A DNA stretch of 64,000 bases from an uncultured Gammaproteobacteria bacterium (GCA_964367355.1 CAYIWY010000006.1:15968-79967); one strand, 5' to 3'. Positions 1 to 9,389 are shown, counted from the first letter of the stretch. The notes: generated from the letters alone by a model not told the origin. A program made the numbers and translations.

Positions 1-159
1 CTTTTTGAAAAAGATGGGGTTCCTATTGCAAACCAAGTGCAAGATTTGCTCATCACTGACGGAACAGCCTCTCGAAATTACAGAATTAACTTTTCTGCTT
101 CAGGTTTAGTTTGTGAAGAAAAAGCTAGTATAAGTCCAAGTGTTTGTGCAGCTCCTTAA
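1..159 (+). CDS. 3' end of a gene truncated by the window (possibly pilin-like)
   Basis: Frame 1 is open from base 1 to TAA at 157-159 (LFEKDG...SGLVCEEKASISPSVCAAP). Has a C-terminal Cys pair. Confidence 0.5.
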   Translation, partial: LFEKDGVPIANQVQDLLITDGTASRNYRINFSASGLVCEEKASISPSVCAAP

Positions 160-168
160 AGATCTTTC

Positions 169-1950
169 TTATGACTTAAGGTGTTTAAACTGTGCTTTAT
201 ACATCTGCTCAATTTCTTTAACCGTCGTCGCATCCTCAGCTCTTTTGGAACTGCCCCGGAATGAAACTAATCTTGGAAAACGCAGTGCGTACCCGGGCTC
301 ATCATCTTTCTTTCCAGCCGTATGTAAAGGGCTGCGGGTGATCTCATCGGCAAATATTTCCAAAACAATTTCCGGTTCAACCCAAACTGAAGGCGTTATT
401 AAAGAGTTAACCCGGGCGCTCTTGTGGTCAAGTTTATTTTTGTCAGCCATTTCTTTTACTTTCCGCCACTCATCGTCTGTCAGACCAGTCCCGATTCTGC
501 TAATTGACTCGAAAGTATCTTCCTTATCGTTGTAAACCCCGACCAAAAGTCCACCCACGCCAAAATTAGTCCGTTTTCCGGTGCCAAAAATGTAACCGAG
601 CACAACACAGTCAACCGTATCGGAAAGTTCTCCGCCAATCATCCGTTTGAACTTGATCCAGTTAAAATTTCGCGCACCGGCTTGATAGGGTGAATCTAAT
701 TTCTTAATCATCACCCCTTCCAACCCTTCGGTTATCGCCTCTTCAAATTGTGTCGTTAGGTCACCCGCACTGTGGGCAATCTTACCGATTGCTTCCATAA
801 CCGTAACCGAATCATCCCGAATAATATCTTTTAGCTTCCTTCTACGTTCTTCGTATGAGAGCTTGGTAATATCTTTTCCGTTTAAATAAAGCAAATCAAA
901 ACAAAACAGTTTCAAAGGCATTTTTTCAGCTGCTTCTGCCACTCCATACTTACGACGGCGCTTAGTGGTTTCCTGAAATGGCAAGAACTCACCAGTTACT
1001 GGATTATAAGCAATCGCTTCTCCCTCCAAAATTACACTTTTAGCCTCAATTTCTTCCTTAGAACCTTGAACTAGGTCTGGAAAAGAATTGGTAAAGTCTT
1101 CGAGATTTCGGGAAAAAATCCGGATTTTGTCACCATCAATGTGCACTTGGCAACGAAAACCATCAAATTTTGGCTCGACCGCAAAACTGTCACCCATTCT
1201 TTTAACAACTGCTTCTGCATCAGGCAAACGTTCTGCCAAGGCGGGACGCATTGGTTTACCAACTTGAAGTTCCACCTGATCAATCGCTTTTATTCCTTTC
1301 TCCCAAAAAACCTTGGCGACAAATCCAAGGTCGCTGGTTTTGTTGTAGGCTTCTTCGAGATTTTTACGCAAACTTTTATCTTTAACTTTGGCGGTTGACA
1401 GCGCGTCTAAAACTGTCGGATCACCAATTCCAAGCCTAGTCAACCCGAGCGGCACGCGTACTAAATGTTTGGCACCAGCGGGATTAACTTTTTTTAAAAT
1501 GTCAGCAAACTGGGAGATTTTCTTCTCCACTGAACCTTCACCGTTAGTTTGAGCAATTTTTAATAAAACTTCATGAACATCACTGACCGATACATCTGAA
1601 TTCTTAACTTTTGCGTCAGCAAATGCTGCGCTTCCAGGCGCATGTTTTAATTCTGAGTTCAATTTCTGAGCGGCTAACCCCTGGTCTCCGGTTTTCTCGG
1701 CCAGTTTAGCCACTTTCTCCCGATCGATAACGTAGGCTAAGGCTATCGCTTGTTCAACTGTTTTTTCGGCCATACCAATCTCAGTTGAATCAAAAAAAGG
1801 CACGACCCTTCCTTGAATTAAGTAACAAATTTTATCAATCTCGTTGGCATCTGAATTAACAAAAACTTCTGATAGTATTTGTATCAGTTCGTTACGTTTT
1901 GTTTCGGATTCAAGTTTTTCAAAATAATCGGCTAGCTTTGAGAATTTCAT
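169..1950 (-). CDS. lig: ATP-dependent DNA ligase
   Basis: 593 aa. Motif I EPKFDGFR, EGE, FDLLYLNG, EGVMIK, WIKFK, and C-terminal OB domain with ALRFPR. Confidence 0.96.
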   Translation of the reverse strand: MKFSKLADYFEKLESETKRNELIQILSEVFVNSDANEIDKICYLIQGRVVPFFDSTEIGMAEKTVEQAIALAYVIDREKVAKLAEKTGDQGLAAQKLNSELKHAPGSAAFADAKVKNSDVSVSDVHEVLLKIAQTNGEGSVEKKISQFADILKKVNPAGAKHLVRVPLGLTRLGIGDPTVLDALSTAKVKDKSLRKNLEEAYNKTSDLGFVAKVFWEKGIKAIDQVELQVGKPMRPALAERLPDAEAVVKRMGDSFAVEPKFDGFRCQVHIDGDKIRIFSRNLEDFTNSFPDLVQGSKEEIEAKSVILEGEAIAYNPVTGEFLPFQETTKRRRKYGVAEAAEKMPLKLFCFDLLYLNGKDITKLSYEERRRKLKDIIRDDSVTVMEAIGKIAHSAGDLTTQFEEAITEGLEGVMIKKLDSPYQAGARNFNWIKFKRMIGGELSDTVDCVVLGYIFGTGKRTNFGVGGLLVGVYNDKEDTFESISRIGTGLTDDEWRKVKEMADKNKLDHKSARVNSLITPSVWVEPEIVLEIFADEITRSPLHTAGKKDDEPGYALRFPRLVSFRGSSKRAEDATTVKEIEQMYKAQFKHLKS

Positions 1951-2200
1951 ATTAGGTTCATTTCAACTGTTCTTAAATATAACTTTATAGATCAATTAAT
2001 AGTAATGTAATCTTTCTTCTAGGCTTATTATACTCCAATAAGATTTTCTTTTCTAAAACCAAAGGTAGGACTTTACTTTTGCGAAAGCAATTGATTCCGA
2101 TACTTTTACGAAGCAAATGAAAGGTACTCCTTTACAGAAAGTCGTTTTTCGTATAGATTCATTGAAATTTAGACTCGATTACATCTACAATTAACTTGTT

Positions 2201-4213
2201 ATGAGTTTGCCCAATTTATCTGTCACTGCAATCAACTTTAGGGAGGTTTTTTTAGTACCTAAAGTTTTTAAATTAAATTACCTCAAAAAACATCATGTTC
2301 TTTTTGCAGTTGAGATTGTTACTCTGAGCTTGGCTGGCTTAGCACTTGCAGTTATTGTACTTTCTGTAATTGGTGAACTTGCCTCGAAACCTGAGATTGT
2401 AAACGTGTATCCGGCAAATATAGAAAATAAAGCTGCAGTGAGTGAACCAATCACAGTCAACTTCAACCATCCAGTTAACCAAAATTCCTTAAAAGCCGAA
2501 ATTACCCCTACAGTTGAGGGTAACTGGGTTTTTTCTCAAGGCAATGGAGTTTTTTTTGAAAAAAAATTAGTGTTTGAACCAGACGTAACACTACAACCAG
2601 ACACAACTTATTCCGTTAGCTTAATAAATATCCAACCAGTTTCAGGTTTGGTTAATCCATACAACTATTCTTTTAGCTTTCGCACTAAAAAACTACCAGG
2701 AATCAGTTCTGACCAAAAATTATTGATTGGGCCGAATGACAACGTCGTCATAAACCTTGACACGGCCAATGATCATATGGCTGATTTTAGCTTTAGTTTT
2801 TCACCAACAGTTGATTTTAGTCAAAATCTTAGCCAAGACAATAAACAATACATCCTTACCCCCTCGTCTCCTTTGAAACAAGGTTCAAATTACCAACTTA
2901 CAATCGTAAAAACGGCCGTTAGTTACAACCTTAAAACTAATAAGCGGATCGAAAGAGCGTCTGTCGTATATGATTTAAAAACTAAAAAAGTGGTTGAGGG
3001 CGTCCAACCTTCTCCGGAAAAATCATTAAACTTTCTTACTTTATCTCAACCCACAATTCTCTCTGTGTCTTCCAAAGGAGATGCTGCATCGACTGGTCCA
3101 ATTACAATCAACTTTGATAAAGAAATGGATAAGTACTCAGTTGCAAGTTTACTGAGCATTAATCCAAAAGTGGACTACACCTTAAACTGGGCTGATGGCA
3201 AAACTTTGACACTCTCCCCAAATAAAACCTTGCCCTTTGGTACTAATTATCAATTAACTTTCACAAAAGGAACTAAAGCCACAGACAGTACATTCTTTGA
3301 AAATGATTTTGTTAACCAATTTACAACTATTGGTAATGTAAAGGTAAGCCAATTCACCCCTTCAAATGGTTCAAAAACTGCTGCAATCGGGTCAAAAATT
3401 TACACTACTTTTAATCAAACTGTTGATAAACAAAGCGCCCAAAGCAATTTTACAATTTCCCCAACAATTTCCGGATCTTTTAGCTGGAACCAGAATATGA
3501 TGATTTTCACACCCACATCTCCCTTTCCCTACAGCACAACTTACAACGTAACTATAAAAAGTGGGGTTAAAAGTTTGACCGCGCTTGATTCAATAACTGA
3601 ATTTAAAACAACCTTCACAACCGCAAGTCTTTATGAGGTGGTTAAGTTGACCGTACCGATTGTTAAACAAAAATACTCTCTCTCCTGTGAGTTTGCCAAT
3701 ATGAAAATGGCTCTCGCTTACAAAGGCGTTAATAAATCTGAAGATGAGCTGATTGCAGAAACACCATTCGACAACACGCCCCATTCAGGTGACATTTGGG
3801 GTGACCCTGCTCTGGGATTTGTCGGAAATTACAACGGCACTTACTTTGGTGATGGTTACGGTGCTTACTATCCAGTAATAGTTAATGAGATTTCAAAATA
3901 CCGACCAGCAGAGGCCCATGTTGGTTGGAACGTTGCTTCTTTACTTGCCGAAGTTAAAGCCGGCAACCCAGTAATTATTTGGTCTTGTCTAGTTTGTCAC
4001 AACCCTCGTTACTGGAATACTCCAGACAGCCGCCAAATTTATGCTTACGAGTATTACCACATGATGACAGTCGTGGGCTACACCGGAACAGTCGACAACC
4101 CCCAATCGATTGTCTTGAACGATTCTTATTCTGGCCGACAAATCAGTTACTCAAAAAGCCAATTTTCATCCCGTTGGTCAATTATGAACAATACTGCTGT
4201 TGTGGTTAAATAA
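2201..4213 (+). CDS. Membrane-anchored Ig-like (Big_5/SbsA-type) repeat protein with C-terminal C39-like peptidase
   Basis: N-terminal TM. Repeated ITVNFNHPV/ITINFDKEM/IYTTFNQTV beta modules. C39-like QKYSLSCE...H(MMTVVGY)...LNDS. Confidence 0.85.
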   Translation: MSLPNLSVTAINFREVFLVPKVFKLNYLKKHHVLFAVEIVTLSLAGLALAVIVLSVIGELASKPEIVNVYPANIENKAAVSEPITVNFNHPVNQNSLKAEITPTVEGNWVFSQGNGVFFEKKLVFEPDVTLQPDTTYSVSLINIQPVSGLVNPYNYSFSFRTKKLPGISSDQKLLIGPNDNVVINLDTANDHMADFSFSFSPTVDFSQNLSQDNKQYILTPSSPLKQGSNYQLTIVKTAVSYNLKTNKRIERASVVYDLKTKKVVEGVQPSPEKSLNFLTLSQPTILSVSSKGDAASTGPITINFDKEMDKYSVASLLSINPKVDYTLNWADGKTLTLSPNKTLPFGTNYQLTFTKGTKATDSTFFENDFVNQFTTIGNVKVSQFTPSNGSKTAAIGSKIYTTFNQTVDKQSAQSNFTISPTISGSFSWNQNMMIFTPTSPFPYSTTYNVTIKSGVKSLTALDSITEFKTTFTTASLYEVVKLTVPIVKQKYSLSCEFANMKMALAYKGVNKSEDELIAETPFDNTPHSGDIWGDPALGFVGNYNGTYFGDGYGAYYPVIVNEISKYRPAEAHVGWNVASLLAEVKAGNPVIIWSCLVCHNPRYWNTPDSRQIYAYEYYHMMTVVGYTGTVDNPQSIVLNDSYSGRQISYSKSQFSSRWSIMNNTAVVVK

Positions 4214-4224
4214 AGAAACGGAAG

Positions 4225-4264
4225 AAAAAAACTGCGCTGTCTCATTTGAAACAACGCAGCTTTA
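4225..4264. terminator. Probable bidirectional intrinsic terminator
   Basis: Imperfect hairpin CTGCGCTGTCTCA/TGAAACAACGCAG flanked by A and T runs, between convergent genes. Confidence 0.6.
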
Positions 4265-4271
4265 CTTCTCT

Positions 4272-5354
4272 CTACTTCACCGACTCTCCAATCCAATCTT
4301 GAACAGTCACGCCTGGGTGCTGATTAAGAGCCGAAACGAGACCTTGATTAATCTGATGAGCGATTAGAGGTCCTTCATAAATCGCTCCTGTCCAAACCTG
4401 AACCGCCGTTGCTCCGTTGAAAATCTTAGTTAGCGCATCAATTGCGTTAAAGATTCCACCGGCGGCAATGATAGTTAGCTTTCCCTGTGTATGCTGATAA
4501 ATGTACTTAACAATCGCTGTCGACATGACGGAAAGCGGACGTCCACTCAAACCACCAACTTCGTCCCGATTTTGGCTCATCAGTCCTACACGTCGGAAGG
4601 TTGTGTTAGTCGCGATAACCCCCTGAATGTCGCGAGCAGTGATAACATCAAGCACGTCGTCGAGTTGCTCCCAGGTCAGGTCTGGAGCAATCTTGACGAA
4701 AATAGGTTTGCCAGGGAAAAACCCCGCTCTTGCTTTCAACAACTCGTCGAGTAGGTTTGCGAACGCGTCTCGGTGCTGAAAATCACGCAGACCAGGTGTG
4801 TTGGGTGAACTTACATTGACAGCGATATACTGTCCACGACGCGCCAATTGCTTGGCAACGACAACGTAGTCAGCTACTGCTTGTCCCAAGTCCACACTAA
4901 TCTTGTTCGCACCGATACTTATACCTATTACAAAACTAGCCGGCATTTTCACTGACAGGTTTCTATCAACCACGGCAGCACCAGGACTGTTGAAACCCAT
5001 GCGGTTGATCAGTGCTCGATCTTCCTTTAACCGAAAAACTCTTGGCTTAGTGTTACCTATCTGGGCTACCGGCGGAACAGTCCCTTCTTCGACGTGACTG
5101 AACCCAAGTGAGTTCAACGCACGTGGTGCGAGACCGAACTTATCGAAACCGGCTGCCATACCAACCGGACTCCGCAACCAAAGGTCTGGAGCAATCTGTA
5201 CTCGCAGTCGCGGATCGGTTGGAATAAACAATCGCCCAACAAGTCTTGAAAACAGTGGGACTTGACCGTAAAGATGAGCGAGCCGTAAAGTTCGTTCATG
5301 AACAGTTTCTGCATCCAACCTAGACAGGAGTGGAAAGATAACTGACTTGTACAC
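4272..5354 (-). CDS. pyrD: Quinone-dependent dihydroorotate dehydrogenase (class 2)
   Basis: Motifs AAGFDK, NRMGFNS, NVSSPNTPGLR, KIAPDL, TNTT, GGLSG. Start set at GTG 5354, 8 nt after GGGAGG. Confidence 0.95.
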   Translation of the reverse strand: MYKSVIFPLLSRLDAETVHERTLRLAHLYGQVPLFSRLVGRLFIPTDPRLRVQIAPDLWLRSPVGMAAGFDKFGLAPRALNSLGFSHVEEGTVPPVAQIGNTKPRVFRLKEDRALINRMGFNSPGAAVVDRNLSVKMPASFVIGISIGANKISVDLGQAVADYVVVAKQLARRGQYIAVNVSSPNTPGLRDFQHRDAFANLLDELLKARAGFFPGKPIFVKIAPDLTWEQLDDVLDVITARDIQGVIATNTTFRRVGLMSQNRDEVGGLSGRPLSVMSTAIVKYIYQHTQGKLTIIAAGGIFNAIDALTKIFNGATAVQVWTGAIYEGPLIAHQINQGLVSALNQHPGVTVQDWIGESVK

Positions 5355-5418
5355 TAAATCAACCTCCCTACTTTGACGCCAAGAATTTCTCCCTAACGAC
5401 CCTCGGATTTTAAAGTGC

Positions 5419-5443
5419 AAAAAAAACTGCTCAAGGGGCAGTT
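5419..5443 (-). terminator. Intrinsic terminator downstream of the Fic gene
   Basis: Minus strand reads AACTGCCCCTTGAGCAGTTTTTTTT. Confidence 0.7.
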
Positions 5444-5519
5444 AACTACCGCAGTATAAACTGATGTTTGCAAAAAATGAAGTTGCTATTTCAAAACATA
5501 TCTCGGAAGATCATTTTGG

Positions 5520-6578
5520 CTACTTCAAAATGTAAACCGCAGCTTTAGTTGAACCACGTTTTTTGACAATTTTATTAACCATTAACCCTCTCAAATCCCG
5601 CAAGATAGTGTCATCAGAAACCATTGGAAATAATTCGCGAAAAATCGAATTATTTATTTGACTATTTTTATCTAAATACTCAATGATTTTAATTTGGCGG
5701 CTGTTTAAGGCAATTTGCCCTTGCTTCCCTTTCAGCCGGAGGTCGATTGAAAGTTTTTTAACTTTTTCTTTGATCCGGTTAATTTCAACTGATAATCCTT
5801 CGGTAAAGTATTCCAGCCAAGTTGTTAAATCTCGCTCTGACTCATCGACAATCAACTGATCAGAGGCGGACTGCAAAGCTTTGTAGTAACCGGCAATATC
5901 CTGATCGTAATATTCTTCCAAAGAAAAGAAGCGCTTCACATCGTAATCATCTTTAAAAAGACTCAAGGTTGCCACTGCCCTGGCGGTTCGACCATTGCCT
6001 TCAGTAAAAGGGTGGATGCGGACAATTTCGTATAAAGTAATTCCGGCTTTAAGAATCGGTGAAAGTTTCTTGGCTTCAGAGGAGTTTAACCAAGTTAAAA
6101 GATTTTCAACTTGAGTATTAATCTCGATTGGATCCGGTGGTGTGAAAGTAACTTGCCCAGTTTCAACTCCACGAACGACAACCTTAACCAACCGAAAACT
6201 ACCAACCTGGTCTTCGGGCACAAGTTTCTGAACTGTGAGTTTGTGAACCTGGAGAAGAGTTTCTTTGTCAATCTCGTCTTTGTTCTTACCTTCTTTATTA
6301 ATAAAATCAACAACGTTGCGGTAATTTAAGACTTCTTGAATATCTCTAGACCTAGCTTCGATTTGTTTACCTTCAATTACGTCTTTAGCTTCATCAAGTG
6401 TCAGGTCATTTCCTTCAATATGGGTTCCGTAATGAACTGCTCGAGTGAGCGCGTCTTCACGAAACTTTTCTTCCCAGACTGGAACTAGGGGTGAATTTTC
6501 GATAATCTCGCGCGCGGTTTCAATCTTGGCGACATTAGTTAAAATGGAATTTGTAATAACAAACTTTGGGTTGAACAT
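5520..6578 (-). CDS. Fic family protein with C-terminal DeoR-like HTH
   Basis: Canonical Fic motif HPFTEGNGRTAR, inhibitory-helix-like GTHIEGN, C-terminal SDDTILRDL. Confidence 0.93.
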   Translation of the reverse strand: MFNPKFVITNSILTNVAKIETAREIIENSPLVPVWEEKFREDALTRAVHYGTHIEGNDLTLDEAKDVIEGKQIEARSRDIQEVLNYRNVVDFINKEGKNKDEIDKETLLQVHKLTVQKLVPEDQVGSFRLVKVVVRGVETGQVTFTPPDPIEINTQVENLLTWLNSSEAKKLSPILKAGITLYEIVRIHPFTEGNGRTARAVATLSLFKDDYDVKRFFSLEEYYDQDIAGYYKALQSASDQLIVDESERDLTTWLEYFTEGLSVEINRIKEKVKKLSIDLRLKGKQGQIALNSRQIKIIEYLDKNSQINNSIFRELFPMVSDDTILRDLRGLMVNKIVKKRGSTKAAVYILK

Positions 6579-6695
6579 TGGAGTAATTATATCCCGCTAA
6601 AGCGTGATGTATTTTTCCTTAAGTCAAATTATAGCAGATAACCGCAGTATTACCGCAAAAAGAAAGACCGCCCCAGAAAAAATTTCTGAAACGGC

Positions 6696-6920
6696 CTAGC
6701 TACTCCTTTCTTTTACCCATTCACAACCAATGTGGCAAACGAGACAACGCCACCAATTCCTGTCAGCTGAAACTTTAGCCATGGCACCGTGATTTGAACA
6801 AGTCGGATATTCACGGCTGTAAAAAATAGCTAAACCAAACTCACCAAAGTCACCTTTAGGGTGAGTCATCGGAAGTTCCGTTAACCGCTCGCTCCGTACC
6901 CAAGTTGCTTGCCAGTCCAT
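6696..6920 (-). CDS. Small orphan Cys/His (Zn-ribbon-like) protein
   Basis: SD AGGAGGAG before the ATG. CSNH and CLVCHIGC motifs. Confidence 0.65.
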   Translation of the reverse strand: MDWQATWVRSERLTELPMTHPKGDFGEFGLAIFYSREYPTCSNHGAMAKVSADRNWWRCLVCHIGCEWVKERSS

Positions 6921-7048
6921 CTCTCCTCCTTCTCTTACCTGGCTGGTAAGTTTGGTTATATTTTAACACAAGCGTGCAAACAACTCTTATAAGACATTGT
7001 TAAATATTATTTACAATTTAATTTCACTTGGCTATAAGTCTCTAAAAC

Positions 7049-7076
7049 TTGACAAGTAATCTTATAGTTGTATACT
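7049..7076 (+). promoter_or_regulatory. Sigma70-type promoter
   Basis: TTGACA-16-TATACT. Inverted CTATAAG/CTTATAG sites flank the -35. Confidence 0.75.
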
Positions 7077-7266
7077 GCTCTTCAAGAAATCCAAAATGAG
7101 GATTAGGAATCAGCTGATTCCGAAAAAGGAAGGGCGGCTCGGGAGGTGTCTATAGATCGTCTAAGGTAGCCCCAAAGGATGCGCGAGGGCAAAATAATCT
7201 CGTCCAGATTTTGGGCAAAGACTTTAGCCGTCGAAGGGACACGACGTGTAAATCAAGGGAAAAACA

Positions 7267-8163
7267 ATGAGATCTCGTCTAATCATCTTTGTGTTCGCAA
7301 TGTTCGCAGTGTTCGCCATTGCGTCCACTTCTGTCGGGCAAGGAAAATCCACAGACCAGCAAGAGAAGTTTGTGGCTACCGAACCGCTTTCGGATCAGGT
7401 TCAGGTGCTTGTAAGCATTGTCGCCGAAAACGACAGCAACCCGATTCTCGTTAGTTCGAACAAGCGTAAGCAACGCGAAGCGACCTGCGAAAACCCTGAA
7501 GTCATGACAACCCTGGCGGTGTCTGAGGAAGAGCGAGATGCTTCTATCGAAGAGGCGACACAACGTCTTCCCCACGATGTTACTCCGGAAGAAGTTGAGG
7601 AAGTCAAGGCTGCGGCTCCGGCCCAAGAATTCACTCGTCAGGTCTACGTCGACAACGCTGAGGCTATCGGCGACCCACCCGACCCGAATCAGGATCAGGA
7701 TGGAAAGAAGTTCGAAGCGTGGGTTGAGAAGGTGAAGAAGGCTGGATGCAACACCCAGGCTGTTCCCTCAACGGGGGGACGACTTGCTTCACCGGCGGCC
7801 CAATACTTCACTTCCGGGTGGAAGTCGTGCACAAACTCCACCTGGACTACCAATTCGGTTGGTGCCACGCTGGTCAAACTGACTCAGACTTCGCAGTGGT
7901 ACGTTGACTCCCGCGGTGTGCCCTACTACCCGTCGCGCTCCTTCTACTCTTACGCAGGGTGGGGTTGGGACGAAAAAGGTGCCCCCCAAGGCCAAACCGG
8001 AGTGGTTACGATCTGGTATGGAAGTCCGCTTCAGTACTACAACTGGACTGGGCAGAACTTCCACTTTTCGCGTTTCGGGATCGAGCTGTTCACGAAGTAC
8101 CTCAGGGTAGATCAGTACTTTGGTTATCAAGGAAGGTGTGGTATTTTCCCATGGCGGCCATGA
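7267..8163 (+). CDS. Secreted hypothetical protein (signal peptide, acidic middle region, aromatic-rich C-terminal domain)
   Basis: 298 aa, GC-richer codons, SD AAGGGA, N-terminal hydrophobic signal. Confidence 0.8.
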   Translation: MRSRLIIFVFAMFAVFAIASTSVGQGKSTDQQEKFVATEPLSDQVQVLVSIVAENDSNPILVSSNKRKQREATCENPEVMTTLAVSEEERDASIEEATQRLPHDVTPEEVEEVKAAAPAQEFTRQVYVDNAEAIGDPPDPNQDQDGKKFEAWVEKVKKAGCNTQAVPSTGGRLASPAAQYFTSGWKSCTNSTWTTNSVGATLVKLTQTSQWYVDSRGVPYYPSRSFYSYAGWGWDEKGAPQGQTGVVTIWYGSPLQYYNWTGQNFHFSRFGIELFTKYLRVDQYFGYQGRCGIFPWRP

Positions 8164-8315
8164 TGTCGAACAACTGGAAGAAGTTGATCGTACTCATCGT
8201 ATTCGTGGTTCTGCTTATTGCGGCTTGGTTCATTTGGGCACGACCAGCTGAAGACCACCGCGACGGCAACGAAGGCAGCAGCATCGTCCTCTATTCCACA
8301 ACCTTGAGGACATGA
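8160..8315 (+). CDS. Small single-TM protein translationally coupled to the upstream gene
   Basis: ATGA overlap with the upstream stop. Sequence MMSNNWKKLIVLIVFVVLLIAAWFIW... Confidence 0.65.
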   Translation: MMSNNWKKLIVLIVFVVLLIAAWFIWARPAEDHRDGNEGSSIVLYSTTLRT

Positions 8316-8415
8316 CACGAGAGAGAGACTCGTTACAAAAAACCGAGTCTGTAGCAACAATCTGGCGTGGGATTCAAAATAAACTCCGCCAGGATCAGGT
8401 TCGGTAAGATAGTTT

Positions 8416-8459
8416 GGGCGGGTACTTGTCAGCAATGACTCTTACCCGCCTCTTTTTTT
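8416..8459 (+). terminator. Intrinsic terminator
   Basis: GGGCGGGTA..GTCA-GCAA-TGAC..TACCCGCCT followed by a T-tract. Confidence 0.75.
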
Positions 8460-8484
8460 GTCCACACATCTCTTTTGTGGATAA
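8458..8484. promoter_or_regulatory. Pair of inverted DnaA-box-like 9-mers
   Basis: TTGTCCACA (8458-8466, one mismatch) and TGTGGATAA (8476-8484, perfect reverse complement of TTATCCACA). Confidence 0.45.
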
Positions 8485-8827
8485 AAATATTTACCGCACT
8501 TTTACCGCAACAACTAAATTATTTATTTTTCTAATAAAGTTAGTACACTTTTTCAGTACAACTCAATTAATGTCCTTTAAATTGGGCGACTTGAACCTAA
8601 ATTTTGACTTTCTCCTCTAACCAATCTCTATAAGTCTAGTTTTAATTTGCGCTTTTAAGTCCTAGAGTAATTTGCCTATGGGTTAGATGGTGCGTTTTTA
8701 GGTTGCTTTAGGGTCGGAGTTAATTTTAATTAGTGAATTTCTAAGGCTAGAAAACGCCTTGCGGACTTCTAAAGGCTCTAAAAAGAAAAGACCAGCGAGA
8801 ACAACAGTTCCACTGGTCTTTGAATTA

Positions 8828-9295
8828 CTAAGAAGCTCTCTTGGCTGGCTTTAGCATTCCTGCTTGCTTGTCAACTTCCTGGATTAACTCCAAGACAACC
8901 CTTCCCAAATCATCTTCGCTGACTTTTGTTTGCTTTACTTCTCGGTAATGGGCTTTATCACCTGCCGTAACAGTTAACTCCCAACCATCCATATAGGGAC
9001 GGGTCATAGCCGAAACTCGACAAAGTCTGGTGTAATCGTGGCTTTGACTAAGAACAACTTCAAAACTAAAAGCCGCCAACCAAAGCTTATAACCGCCCAC
9101 ATCTTTAGGTCTTACCACCAAATTGTCTTCTGTGTGATGGATCTCAACGAAAACTCCAAGTGGCTTAAGGCCTTCGTAGATCTCGCTGATAACCGAGCAT
9201 GCGATTTCACAGGAACGCCGAACCGAATCCAGGTCTTCCTCCAGAATCTCGATTGGATCGGTTATTCTACTCCCTAAAGGCAGATTAATTTTCAT
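8828..9295 (-). CDS. Hypothetical protein
   Basis: 155 aa ORF with SD AAGGAGA and a downstream hairpin AAGACCAG...CTGGTCTT. Confidence 0.7.
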   Translation of the reverse strand: MKINLPLGSRITDPIEILEEDLDSVRRSCEIACSVISEIYEGLKPLGVFVEIHHTEDNLVVRPKDVGGYKLWLAAFSFEVVLSQSHDYTRLCRVSAMTRPYMDGWELTVTAGDKAHYREVKQTKVSEDDLGRVVLELIQEVDKQAGMLKPAKRAS

Positions 9296-9362
9296 TCGTC
9301 TCTCCTTTTCTTTCCTGAATGTTTATTCTGGATACACCTTACTCCTACAAATGTCAAATTAG

Positions 9363-9389
9363 TTAGCAGTTAGGACTTGCAAGTGCTAG
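9363..9389 (+). promoter_or_regulatory. CIRCE-like operator (HrcA) overlapping the clpB promoter
   Basis: TTAGCAGTT-N9-AAGTGCTAG versus consensus TTAGCACTC-N9-GAGTGCTAA. Overlaps TTGCAA-17-TAAATT. Confidence 0.7.

Noticed and set aside
5419-5460. Pyrimidine attenuator upstream of pyrD
   Set aside because: More simply the fic terminator. pyrD has its own candidate promoter (TTGAGC-16-TAAAAT) reading out of it, and no PyrR-type motif was seen.
7080-7260. c-di-GMP or other known riboswitch in the leader
   Set aside because: GGCAAA words are present, but I could not build the conserved aptamer architecture.
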